NCBI GenBank assembly: GCA_004195515.1
Contig: PSPR01000015.1
Span: 13,609-77,608 of the forward strand
Length of the DNA: 64,000 nt
Direction of reading: 5' to 3'
Source of the DNA: Methanobacteriota archaeon
GTDB taxonomy: Archaea; Thermoplasmatota; Poseidoniia; Poseidoniales; Poseidoniaceae
Below, piece by piece: positions 37,406 to 46,557 of this stretch; within the stretch, counting starts at the first letter, position 1; each line of letters opens with the position of its first letter. The position numbers were made by a program, and so were the translations under genes. The notes under the pieces were generated by a model. That model was given only the letters and a program-made list of their open reading frames with translations, was not told where the DNA came from and searched no databases.

Positions 37406-39514
37406 TCAGCCTTGGTGGGTCAATGGCAAGAATGCATTAGCAGCCTTCTCACAAGCATTAGCAACATCATCGAGTCGCTGTAATACCCGGTACATATGCA
37501 TTGCAGCAAGCGCATCATCATCACCTTGGCTGAATACGATTGTAGCAGCTTCCATTTCTACGATATCGGCTTTATGTTCGAAGAGGTTAACTTCCTTGAT
37601 TTGTTCAGCGAGGGTTTCCATTTCCTTACGCGCGAATCCAGAATGACTCAGATTCTTCAATTGCTCAACAGTTTCCTCATAACTAGATACTGTAGCCATT
37701 ACTGCTTCTGCCATCAAAACCAAGTGCTTGCGAGCGTCATCATTGTTGTAAAGTTCTCTAAAGGAGAGTTGCTCAGCAACGTTTTGAGCATAATCGGCAA
37801 TTCTGTCTTGACGAGCGATCATATGCATGAAATTGTCATGACCAACCGTAATGACAACGCCTCTACCAACCTCGTCACGCAAATCTGATTTCAAATTGTC
37901 AGCTGCCAATTCCGCCGCAATTGTCGCCGTGATATACTTGGTTGCATCTTTACCAGCAGCAGCAGCCTTAACGGCTTTCATCATACAATCTACAGTATGT
38001 TCAACCGCTTCAGCATGAGCATGGAATAAACCGAAAGGAGTGGTTGTATCCAGTTCACCTTCTGGTACCTCAGCTGCAATAATAGAATGTTCATCGCCAT
38101 CTGCGACGACTTCTTTTTTAATCAACAAAATAATGGTAATTGTGATTGCAGAAATTGTAACCACTGCTACACTAATTGGGTTTCCAGCGAATAAAATATA
38201 GAAAATCACCGCACCAACTCCTGCGAATGGAAGGCTTGCTATCCAACTAGCAGCGATCTTTCCGAATACTCTGAAATCGACAGATGAGGCACCTCCTGCC
38301 AAACCAACTCCTACAACAGCACCGACCAAGGTGTGGGTTGTTGAGATTGGAACTGCCAAGAATGGCATCGAGAAAATCAATACTGTGGTCGCAGCACCAA
38401 ATTCAGCTGCAAAACCACGCGAAGGTGTGATATGGGTGATTTTTTTACCGATGGTATCCATCACTTTGTAGCCCCATGTTGCAACACCGACAGTAATTCC
38501 GGCGCCTCCTAAGAGGAGTAAGCCAATAGGCACATCAATTTGATTCGGTGAAAGTACACCTGAAGTAGAGGTCGCGATCTCATATATTGCAGCCATCGGT
38601 CCAATAGCATTTGCAACATCGTTCGCCCCGTGAGCGAATGCAACATAACAAGCGGTGATAATCTGAAGCCAAATAAATACTCTTTCAACCCCAGCATAGC
38701 CTTCTTCTTTGAATTCGTATCGCCTCAAAACCATCCAAAGAATCGAACTTGCAAAAACACCTATTGCCAATGCGACCAATAAACTGTTCAATGGAATCCA
38801 AGCGCCTTCTAAGAATGGGTTGAAAGTAGAACCATCCTTTGGTGGCAACCAACGGCTGCTATCGATAATTCCAGCCTGATCTAGATTATTATAGAATCCC
38901 TTCAAACCTTTAAATTGGAGAGCTAAGCCAAGAACAAAGAAGGTTGGCAGAGCTAATATTGGGGCGATTTTCTTGGTTCTTTCGAGAGGACTCTCATGAT
39001 TAAAAATCACCTTTTTAATCGTAATAAAAGTGAGGTAGGCTAAAATCCCACCCAATAATGGTGAGACGATCCAACTCAATACGATCTCACCTACTTTTGA
39101 CCAATTAACCGAACTTGGTTGAATCCATAATCCCATACCAATAACTCCACCCACAATACTGTGGGTAGTAGATACGGGCAGACCGTATTTAGTCGCAATT
39201 GTAAGCCAAATCGCAGCCGCTAAAAGCGCAGCCATGAATCCGTACATCAATTTTTGACTCAATTCATAGTCGAAGCCCTCGTCGCCAAAGTCGAGAACTC
39301 CTTTTCGAATCGTGTCGGTAACGTGACTACCGAAGAAGACCGCACCAGCAAATTCGAATACCGCAGCCACAATAATTGCTCGGCGCAAGGTAAGCGCACC
39401 GCTGCCAACGCTAGTTCCCATCGCATTGGCTACATCGTTTGCACCGATATTCCAAGCCATATACGAGCAGACCAGGAGCGCAACTCCGAGCAGCACCATG
39501 GTTACAGGCTCCAT
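37406..39514 (-). CDS. pit: PiT-family inorganic phosphate transporter fused to a C-terminal PhoU-like (DUF47 / Pit-accessory) domain
   Basis: Duplicated 'GANDVANA(M/I)G' PiT signatures. About 220-aa soluble helical C-terminus ('VNLFEHKADIVE', 'RVLQRLDDVAN') resembling DUF47. Confidence 0.85.
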   Translation of the reverse strand: MEPVTMVLLGVALLVCSYMAWNIGANDVANAMGTSVGSGALTLRRAIIVAAVFEFAGAVFFGSHVTDTIRKGVLDFGDEGFDYELSQKLMYGFMAALLAAAIWLTIATKYGLPVSTTHSIVGGVIGMGLWIQPSSVNWSKVGEIVLSWIVSPLLGGILAYLTFITIKKVIFNHESPLERTKKIAPILALPTFFVLGLALQFKGLKGFYNNLDQAGIIDSSRWLPPKDGSTFNPFLEGAWIPLNSLLVALAIGVFASSILWMVLRRYEFKEEGYAGVERVFIWLQIITACYVAFAHGANDVANAIGPMAAIYEIATSTSGVLSPNQIDVPIGLLLLGGAGITVGVATWGYKVMDTIGKKITHITPSRGFAAEFGAATTVLIFSMPFLAVPISTTHTLVGAVVGVGLAGGASSVDFRVFGKIAASWIASLPFAGVGAVIFYILFAGNPISVAVVTISAITITIILLIKKEVVADGDEHSIIAAEVPEGELDTTTPFGLFHAHAEAVEHTVDCMMKAVKAAAAGKDATKYITATIAAELAADNLKSDLRDEVGRGVVITVGHDNFMHMIARQDRIADYAQNVAEQLSFRELYNNDDARKHLVLMAEAVMATVSSYEETVEQLKNLSHSGFARKEMETLAEQIKEVNLFEHKADIVEMEAATIVFSQGDDDALAAMHMYRVLQRLDDVANACEKAANAFLPLTHQG

Positions 39515-39595
39515 GTATCATCGCTATCGCTGACGGTATATCACCAAATACCTCGGTAATCTATATAGGAGTGAATAGTCGGCTTTTTGAGAACG

Positions 39596-40642
39596 ATGTC
39601 ATTTGGCCCAGGCGAACAAGAGGTTCGAAAAGTACAACTAACGGGCGGGGCAACCTATACTCTATCACTGCCAAAACCTTGGGTTATAACCAATGGATTA
39701 AGCCCAAGAGATGGGGTTAGAGTCGATTGGAGGCCGAGCGGGTCTTTGCGGTTAACGCCCTTAGATTTGGTCGAGAATCAAATACGAAAATTGGAGATAG
39801 ATGCTGCAATTTTACCTGATAATTCCCTTCACGACCATCTGATGGGTGCTTATCTATCGGGGGTTGATCGAATAAATATTAATTACCCGAGTAAAGAGAA
39901 AAGAGAGTTTAGGCGTCAGATAAGGCGATTTTTACGAAATACTAGAGGCTTCGAAACCATAGAGGAAGAAGAAAATAAATCCGAATTGGTTTGCCTGTTC
40001 AAAGCAGGTGAAATGCCCTTGCACGCAAGTCTTAATCGAATGTATCTTCAGGTATCTTCGCTGATGAGAGATATCATAGATGTCCTAAATGGAGAAGATA
40101 TAGAATTGATTTCTGATGCAGACGAGAGGGAATCGGAAGTTGATGCACTCCTATATCTGATAGAGAGGCAGGTATGTATTGCTCTCGATTCACATCAAAT
40201 AGCAACCTCATTAAAACTTAATAGAAACCAAGCGGTCGAATACTCAAATTTGGCCCGAGCCTTAGAACGGATGATGGATCATAGTTTTCAGATGGCTCAG
40301 TTAATTCAAGAATTCAGTGGAGTAAAACTAGATCCAGAAGAATCGCCGATGAAACAGATACCTATTTGGCAAGAATCTATCAAACAATTGATGATCAATA
40401 CTCGGACCCGAGACTCATACGAGATAGAGGCGGCGCGACAAAATTTAAAAATGGCTCAAAGGCAACTCGCACAACACGAAGAGGAGTTGATGAATCGAAA
40501 AAGAACTGTGGATAACCTCCTTTTTGATTTCCGACTATCGGAATCAGTACGGCGTTTATGCGCTTATTCTCGTGATTTTGGTGAGGTCCTTCTAAACATA
40601 AAAATGTACGACGAAATGACTCTTTCGAACCGTTTAGATTAG
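39596..40642 (+). CDS. phoU: Phosphate uptake regulator: N-terminal AbrB/SpoVT-like domain plus PhoU domains
   Basis: 'VQLTGGATYTLSLPKPWV..NGL...D.V' swapped-hairpin motif, then helical PhoU-like repeats. Divergent from the PiT gene. Confidence 0.7.
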   Translation: MSFGPGEQEVRKVQLTGGATYTLSLPKPWVITNGLSPRDGVRVDWRPSGSLRLTPLDLVENQIRKLEIDAAILPDNSLHDHLMGAYLSGVDRININYPSKEKREFRRQIRRFLRNTRGFETIEEEENKSELVCLFKAGEMPLHASLNRMYLQVSSLMRDIIDVLNGEDIELISDADERESEVDALLYLIERQVCIALDSHQIATSLKLNRNQAVEYSNLARALERMMDHSFQMAQLIQEFSGVKLDPEESPMKQIPIWQESIKQLMINTRTRDSYEIEAARQNLKMAQRQLAQHEEELMNRKRTVDNLLFDFRLSESVRRLCAYSRDFGEVLLNIKMYDEMTLSNRLD

Positions 40643-40907
40643 TGAGTTCGAGCACACTTAATGTGGGCTTTACACCCAAACTCTACTATAGGTGGTGCTG
40701 TAAAAAGTAAACTAAGGTGACAAGTATGGACCGCGAACTAGACACTTGGATTTCAGGCGTAATGGAGAACCAACAATTTCGAAGTGGAATCTTCACTTCA
40801 AAAAACAAAAAATCTTTCTTTCACAATTTGATTTTTTCCTCATCGGTAAAAAATGAAAAATCCTGATTGCGGTTTGTTGATAAGAGAGAGGCCGGGCCAG
40901 CCAAATC

Positions 40908-41633
40908 ATGAGCCTATTACAGGTCACCGATTTGGAAAAAGGCTTTGGCTCGGTATTAAATCGGCTAGAGGTACTCAAAGGCATCAATATGAACCTCAAG
41001 AGAGGTGAATTGGTAGCATTGATGGGTCCTTCAGGTTGTGGGAAATCAACTCTTCTGAATATTATTGGCGGATTACTGCCTGCTGATTCTGGTGAGATTG
41101 ATCTCGAATCACGAAAATATGGCCTAAAGAATCCATCTGCTGTCGTCGATGTGCGACGAACTATGGTCGGCTGGATTTTCCAAGACTTTCACTTGCTAGA
41201 CCATCTTTCAGCATTAGACAATGTAGCTTTGGCTTTGGAGATTTCAGGTGTGCCTTCCAAAGAGGCAGATAAGAGAGCGCTAGCAGCCCTTGAGAGGGTT
41301 AACCTGAGTGATAGAGCCGACCATATTCCCGATCAATTATCAGGTGGTCAGCAGCAACGTGTTGCAATCGCTCGTGCAATCGCTGGAAACAGGCCGCTAC
41401 TACTGGCGGATGAACCAACAGGCAATCTCGATATCGCATCTGGTGCTGAAGTTCTTCAATTGTTCAAAGAATTATGTCATGATGAAGAAAATCCGATTTC
41501 TATTCTAATGGTAACTCACGACCCTGACTTGGCAAGCAAGGCCGACCGGATGCTATTGATGCGCGAAGGAAAGGTGGCTGCTAGCGATATTCGTTCTGCT
41601 TGGGGAATTGAAGCAGGAGGTGAAGAAGAATGA
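40908..41633 (+). CDS. ABC transporter ATP-binding protein (MacB/LolD/FtsE-type)
   Basis: Walker A 'GPSGCGKST', Q-loop, signature 'LSGGQQQRVAIARA', Walker B 'LLLADEPT', H-loop 'VTHD'. Confidence 0.9.
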   Translation: MSLLQVTDLEKGFGSVLNRLEVLKGINMNLKRGELVALMGPSGCGKSTLLNIIGGLLPADSGEIDLESRKYGLKNPSAVVDVRRTMVGWIFQDFHLLDHLSALDNVALALEISGVPSKEADKRALAALERVNLSDRADHIPDQLSGGQQQRVAIARAIAGNRPLLLADEPTGNLDIASGAEVLQLFKELCHDEENPISILMVTHDPDLASKADRMLLMREGKVAASDIRSAWGIEAGGEEE

Positions 41634-44600
41634 GTGTTTCTTCTAAACTGAATACAATGCGCAAAGAAATCCCTCGAAAGTTACGGGATTTGCCAGATAA
41701 CCTTCGACTTGCAGCTATTGGTGCATGGCGCGGAAGAGAACGCGGAATGGCGGTATTTGCGGGTGTATTTTTGGCTAGTTTAGTCATCACAACAGTTCTT
41801 TCTTATGGCGTCGGACTATCACAGGTATTCTTTGAAGAATCTCTTGAAACTAATATTTTTGATGCAAAGGTTGAGTTTAGAAAACCTCCTGCTAATGACA
41901 CAAGTGGCTGGACTAACAACACTACGACATTGATTGAAACCTGTGATGAATTTACAGCCATGGAAGAATTCTCAGATTGTACTGTTGTATTTGGGAAAAA
42001 GGGCCTGCATAGTCAATTCACATTTGGAAACGAAGATATCTTTAGGTCACTTCCCTTGGGAATGATAGACATTAATTCTTCAAACGAATATCGCAATTGG
42101 GAAAGCGATGATATCTGGGATTATGACTACAATAACGGCCCTACTGTTTCAACTGAGCGTGCAATCGCATTCCTTGGCCCAGGTGCATTCGATGGAGTTC
42201 TTGCTGACCGATTATCTGAGAATATCATCTATGAGAAGGGTGAATGGGCTTCTCCTGAAGTCGTAGAAGAACAACGTGGGATATACATTCCCTCAGATGT
42301 TGCTAGTAAATCTGGAGCGGTAGTGGGCGATGTATTGGACCGATTAGAATTCGCTTATACTATCGAATCAGCACTTTCTGGTGAAATGGATGAAGATGAT
42401 TGTGAGGGTAAAATCTACTCAAACAGGGAACTTAATCACTGTCAAGTCACAATGGTCGTCGAAAATATGACTATTTTGGGAATTTACGATCCTTGGCCTC
42501 AAGGAAATCCAACATTGGCGGCAAATCCGGTTTACGCTACCCTGACCGCGTTAAACGAAACTCAAAGAATGGCTCTGATCGATAATGACCATTTCTTCTT
42601 TGGTCTGGCTCTGGAACGGTCTTTACTACCAACAACCTCTACAGATGATGCATCAGATTGGTTAGAGGCATTAGGGAGAGATGTTCAAGACCAATCATTT
42701 GCCGATGGAGAAGTAGAGATTTATTATGTTGATATTGTCGGTTCTTCGATTGATTTCTTAGAAATTTTCCTCGGATTGATTCAGGCGTTTGATTATATCA
42801 TAATGATTCCAATTGTTGTATTATCGCTTTCAGTATTGATTTATGGATTAATACTTTCACTCGAACAGCGCAGACGTGAAATTTCCATTCACAGAGTGAT
42901 TGGAGCATCAGGCAAAGACCTCAGAGGAATGGTTCTTCTAGAGTTGGCAGTCATTTCTTTCATCGCCTGGGTTGTTGGCTATCTATTGGCAATGGCTGCA
43001 GTTCCGATAGTTCTTGCAAGTGTAGGTTTCATGAAATTCGAGGCTTTAGGATTCAATGTTAACCCGTCTTTGAGTTTCGGCGCCACATTATTCACAGCCC
43101 TAACCACATTGGGCTTAGCATTGATATTTGGCAGATCCCGAACCCGTGATTTCATGGAACTTGAAATCGATGAAGGAGTAAGTCGTGTTCAAAAAGTTAC
43201 AAAACCAAAGGTTTGGCTACATTGGACTCTATTCTTAGTAGGCTCATTAGGAGCAATCGATACTTACATGGAAATGAATGGTAGTGAAGATGGAATCTTA
43301 ACGAATTGGTTTGTTGAAGGTCTCATCAATGTATTTGGTCCATTTATGTTATGGATTGGTGGCGCATTACTGCTAGGTCGAATTGGAGCAGCAGGTCCTA
43401 GGATTATGCAATTCTTCTTCAGCAGAACCCCACTTCTTTCCGATGTAAAAAGAGGTTTGAAAGGTAGTGGTTCTACGGAATCTGTTAATCGTTTAGCTGT
43501 AATTATGCTTCTCACATTATCGATTGTTACACTTGCAGCAGTTCAGGGATATACTGGAACACAAGTTGATGAAGTAACAGCCGATTTACAGGTCGGTAGT
43601 GATTTACAAGTTGTAACCAATGAAAATGTTACAGCAGCCGAAGTAGAATCTATGATTGAAGAGATTAGCAATCAAGAAGTTACAGCAATGGCTGTCACCG
43701 TTCCAACGATTGCTTTAATCCCAGAAGGAGGAGAAAGTATGACCACTTACGTGCTATTGAATGAAGGAAAAGACATTTTGCGATGGTTCCCTCAAGCAAT
43801 TCCAGGCGATGATACTGCTGAGGCATTAGATTCCTACCAGAACCGAGGTTTCTCGGCTGGTGAAGATGCGGCTTATACAATGGACCTATGGGGTTCAGGA
43901 AGAAGGGGCGTAGATGATTATGGCGATGTTTTGTTAGAAGAAAGTAGTAGCAATACTGCAGATGTAGAATTCACATGGGAAGAGAATATATATGGATTTT
44001 CTGATGGTAGTCTGACTTTTGATGTTGTAGAACATAATACTACGATGAGATACATTGGAGTTCATGAATTTATTCCAGGGGTTCCATCTACTGTGATGGC
44101 GTCTAGTCTTATCATTGGAGAAGAAAGTTACAGAGATTTAGTTGGTGACAACCGAGTTGACGATTTATACGCATCTACTTGGATTGTGAAGGTTGATGGA
44201 ATCGAAGGTGATGATTTGACTGCTTTGAAGATCAATCTTGAAGCAGATCAAAGATTCAACAGTTCGATCGATTGGGAAACTGCGCATGATGGAGTAGAGA
44301 GGAATGGCGGACTAATCTTTGGAACACCAGGTCTTCTCTCGTTGCAATTTATTGTAGCGAGTGTTGCAGCAGTAGCATCTGCTTTCGTATTCTTAACTTT
44401 GGTACTTAGCCAGAGACAAAAGGAACTAGCAGTCCTACAAGCAATAGGCGCAAGTCCAAACCAAATCATTCGTCTAGTACTATTTGAGATTCTTTCAATT
44501 GTCATGGTTTCAATGGCACTAGGAATCCTTCTTGGAATGGGATTAGCACTATCATTCAACGGATTATTCAATGTGTTTGGATTCATATTCCAAATACTTG

Positions 44601-44761
44601 GCTCAGATACAACTTCAGCAATAGATCGGGAATTGGTATGGCCATGGTTTGAATTATCTGTGGTCGCATTAGCTGTGTTCGCAGCGGTGGTTACTGCACT
44701 ATTGGTTACAACGCGTAAGGCGCTGCGTTCTGATCTTGCTAGTGTTCTAAAGGGGGAGTGA
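41630..44761 (+). CDS. Giant (1043 aa) FtsX/MacB-type ABC permease with two FtsX 4-TM modules and two large extracytoplasmic domains
   Basis: N-terminal TM, about 330-aa soluble domain, then an FtsX-like block ('RRREISIHRVIGASGKDL'). A second soluble domain, then a second block ('RQKELAVLQAIGASPNQI'). ATGA/GTGA coupling to both ATPase genes. Confidence 0.8.
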   Translation: MSVSSKLNTMRKEIPRKLRDLPDNLRLAAIGAWRGRERGMAVFAGVFLASLVITTVLSYGVGLSQVFFEESLETNIFDAKVEFRKPPANDTSGWTNNTTTLIETCDEFTAMEEFSDCTVVFGKKGLHSQFTFGNEDIFRSLPLGMIDINSSNEYRNWESDDIWDYDYNNGPTVSTERAIAFLGPGAFDGVLADRLSENIIYEKGEWASPEVVEEQRGIYIPSDVASKSGAVVGDVLDRLEFAYTIESALSGEMDEDDCEGKIYSNRELNHCQVTMVVENMTILGIYDPWPQGNPTLAANPVYATLTALNETQRMALIDNDHFFFGLALERSLLPTTSTDDASDWLEALGRDVQDQSFADGEVEIYYVDIVGSSIDFLEIFLGLIQAFDYIIMIPIVVLSLSVLIYGLILSLEQRRREISIHRVIGASGKDLRGMVLLELAVISFIAWVVGYLLAMAAVPIVLASVGFMKFEALGFNVNPSLSFGATLFTALTTLGLALIFGRSRTRDFMELEIDEGVSRVQKVTKPKVWLHWTLFLVGSLGAIDTYMEMNGSEDGILTNWFVEGLINVFGPFMLWIGGALLLGRIGAAGPRIMQFFFSRTPLLSDVKRGLKGSGSTESVNRLAVIMLLTLSIVTLAAVQGYTGTQVDEVTADLQVGSDLQVVTNENVTAAEVESMIEEISNQEVTAMAVTVPTIALIPEGGESMTTYVLLNEGKDILRWFPQAIPGDDTAEALDSYQNRGFSAGEDAAYTMDLWGSGRRGVDDYGDVLLEESSSNTADVEFTWEENIYGFSDGSLTFDVVEHNTTMRYIGVHEFIPGVPSTVMASSLIIGEESYRDLVGDNRVDDLYASTWIVKVDGIEGDDLTALKINLEADQRFNSSIDWETAHDGVERNGGLIFGTPGLLSLQFIVASVAAVASAFVFLTLVLSQRQKELAVLQAIGASPNQIIRLVLFEILSIVMVSMALGILLGMGLALSFNGLFNVFGFIFQILGSDTTSAIDRELVWPWFELSVVALAVFAAVVTALLVTTRKALRSDLASVLKGE

Positions 44762-44763
44762 AG

Positions 44764-45744
44764 ATGTCTGACAAACCTACAATTCTCGAAGCAGATTCTT
44801 TGTATCATGTATACGAATCTAAAGCAGAAGATGGCAATGTAGTTGCTCTGAGGGGCTTGCATGTAAATGTCAAGGAAGGAGAAGCGGTTGCAGTAGTTGG
44901 GCCATCTGGTTCAGGGAAATCAACCCTCTTGAAATGCCTCGGCGGATTGATGAAACCTAGTGCGGGCAAGGTTTCTCTTGATGGGAAGAATATGACTCGG
45001 TTAACTGGCTTAGAATTAGTTGAACTTCGTCAAAAGACAGTATCCTTCATTTTCCAAGAAGGGAACTTACTGCCTCACCTAAGCGCTTTAGACAATGTTG
45101 CTCAACCACTTCGTCATCAGAAGGTATCTCCAAAAGAATCTAAGAGAAGGGCTATGGAATTAATGGAAGAATTAGGAATCGCTCATCGTGCTAAGGGATT
45201 ACCTTCCATGCTATCGGGTGGGGAGCAGCAACGTGTGGCAATCGCTCGTGCTTTGATCACTAATCCACGTCTAATTTTAGCAGATGAGCCAACCGGAGCA
45301 TTAGACCCGATTACCAGTAGAGAGGTTCTCAAATTATTCAAAGAATTACATGAGCGTGATAATGTTGCTTTCTTACTGGTGACCCACTCAAAAGAGGTCG
45401 CAGCTTTCGCCGATCGTTCATTGGAATTAAGGGATGGACGATTTGTTGCAGAACATGGTAAAGATGTCAACATTGAAGATCTCTCCGGGGATCGAGAATT
45501 AATCATCGACGATATGGGAACCGTCACATTACCACCAGATGTATTAACTCGAATGGGTGGACCTGGCCGCTATAGCGTTGGGGAATTGAGTAGTGGGTAT
45601 TTGACTCTCAAAGGTGAGGCGATAGACGATACTGGAAATTTGATATTAGCGTCTTCGTGCTCTGCATGCAATCATGATTATGGCAAAAGTGATGAACAGG
45701 AATGTCCATCATGTGGTTCGATGCGCCCGCTGATAGAGGAATGA
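44764..45744 (+). CDS. Second ABC transporter ATP-binding protein, with an about 100-aa C-terminal extension ending in a zinc ribbon
   Basis: 'GPSGSGKST', 'LSGGEQQRVAIARA', 'ILADEPT', 'VTHS'. Extension 'MGTVTLPPDVLTRMG...CSACNH..(x11)..CPSCG'. Alternative GTG start at 44758. Confidence 0.85.
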   Translation: MSDKPTILEADSLYHVYESKAEDGNVVALRGLHVNVKEGEAVAVVGPSGSGKSTLLKCLGGLMKPSAGKVSLDGKNMTRLTGLELVELRQKTVSFIFQEGNLLPHLSALDNVAQPLRHQKVSPKESKRRAMELMEELGIAHRAKGLPSMLSGGEQQRVAIARALITNPRLILADEPTGALDPITSREVLKLFKELHERDNVAFLLVTHSKEVAAFADRSLELRDGRFVAEHGKDVNIEDLSGDRELIIDDMGTVTLPPDVLTRMGGPGRYSVGELSSGYLTLKGEAIDDTGNLILASSCSACNHDYGKSDEQECPSCGSMRPLIEE

Positions 45745-46022
45745 GTATGGACCTGTTCAAAATCACCGGGATCGCCGAAACAATATCGACAATAAGCTTG
45801 TTTTTCTTTGCGATGCCAATGAAATATATTGGCGGCGATGAAATTTTTGTACAAATAATAGGACCGATCCATGGTTTCTTATTTATTGGATATATTGTAT
45901 TGTTATGGCTTGGCCAAAGAAACGGAACATGGAATATGAATACTGCACTCAAAGGGATGCTCTTAGCTGTCGTCCCAGCAGGGCCGATCTACTTCGACAA
46001 GAAGATAATCAACCAATCTTGA
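45741..46022 (+). CDS. Small membrane protein, DUF3817-like
   Basis: 'FFAMPMKYIGG.....I.GPIHG.LFI.Y' resembles DUF3817. The ATG overlaps the upstream stop. Confidence 0.6.
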   Translation: MSMDLFKITGIAETISTISLFFFAMPMKYIGGDEIFVQIIGPIHGFLFIGYIVLLWLGQRNGTWNMNTALKGMLLAVVPAGPIYFDKKIINQS

Positions 46023-46557
46023 GCATACATTTTTTGAATTCTTCGCTTGAAAGATTAGAATCTAACCAACTGTGGACATTGGGCCATTCCTGTTGGTCAA
46101 ACCAATCTCTATCATGGTTTGCAAATTGCCTCACAAAAGGGAAAATAGCATCGCTGAGGTTTCCGGAAGGGATATGTTGCTCCAAGCCATCTAAGAATAC
46201 ACTTGCTAAAGTTCTGTGTTCTAATGAATTCACATTATCGTAACGGTTTGGATATTTGTATCGGTCAAGATGATATTTGAACTCTTCATCAGTTCTTTTA
46301 ATCCACTCTGCCTCATTGGCGTTGAGTTGCCAATCTAAAACATATTGCATGATTTCAAGGCTTTCTTCTATGACGGTTCCATTAACCAATTGTAATACTG
46401 GAACTGTGCCTTTTGGTGAAATTTCCATCATGTGTTCCGGTCGGTAACGAAGGTTTACCTCCCGTAATTCATGAGCAAACCCTGCTCTAATTATCGCCAT
46501 CCGCGCCCGCATGGCATAAGGGCATCTTCTAAAAGAATACAAGATTGGTAGGATCAT
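46009..46557 (-). CDS. Glutathione S-transferase-like protein (thioredoxin-fold N-terminal domain)
   Basis: 'LYSFRRCPYAMRARMA', 'SPKGTVPVL.L..G.VIEESLEIM'. ATG 46557 overlaps the trhO stop (ATGA). Confidence 0.65.
   Translation of the reverse strand: MILPILYSFRRCPYAMRARMAIIRAGFAHELREVNLRYRPEHMMEISPKGTVPVLQLVNGTVIEESLEIMQYVLDWQLNANEAEWIKRTDEEFKYHLDRYKYPNRYDNVNSLEHRTLASVFLDGLEQHIPSGNLSDAIFPFVRQFANHDRDWFDQQEWPNVHSWLDSNLSSEEFKKCMLKIG

Noticed and set aside
40726-40866. 46-codon ORF (MDRELDTWISGVMENQQFRSGIFTSKNKKSFFHNLIFSSSVKNEKS) in the 265-nt intergenic region
   Set aside because: No SD, low-complexity AT-rich coding, and no recognisable features. It is kept only as part of the intergenic-region observation.
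44248-44862. 204-aa antisense ORF spanning the permease/ATPase junction. Other long antisense or alternative-frame ORFs include 48953..49600, 9859..10326, 28035..28571, 14662..15285, 9019..9546 and 6565..7092
   Set aside because: Their translations are Ser/Thr/Arg/Asn-rich with no motifs or TM logic. They lie opposite or out of frame to genes with strong family signatures. They are most simply explained by stop-codon-poor sequence.
40908-45744. Calling the ABC locus a horizontally acquired island on the basis of low GC
   Set aside because: Hand counts of single 60-nt lines varied from 28% to 60% GC, even within one gene elsewhere (the K+ channel gene). I cannot establish a compositional boundary without a proper sliding-window calculation, so it is mentioned only as a caveat in the ABC finding.
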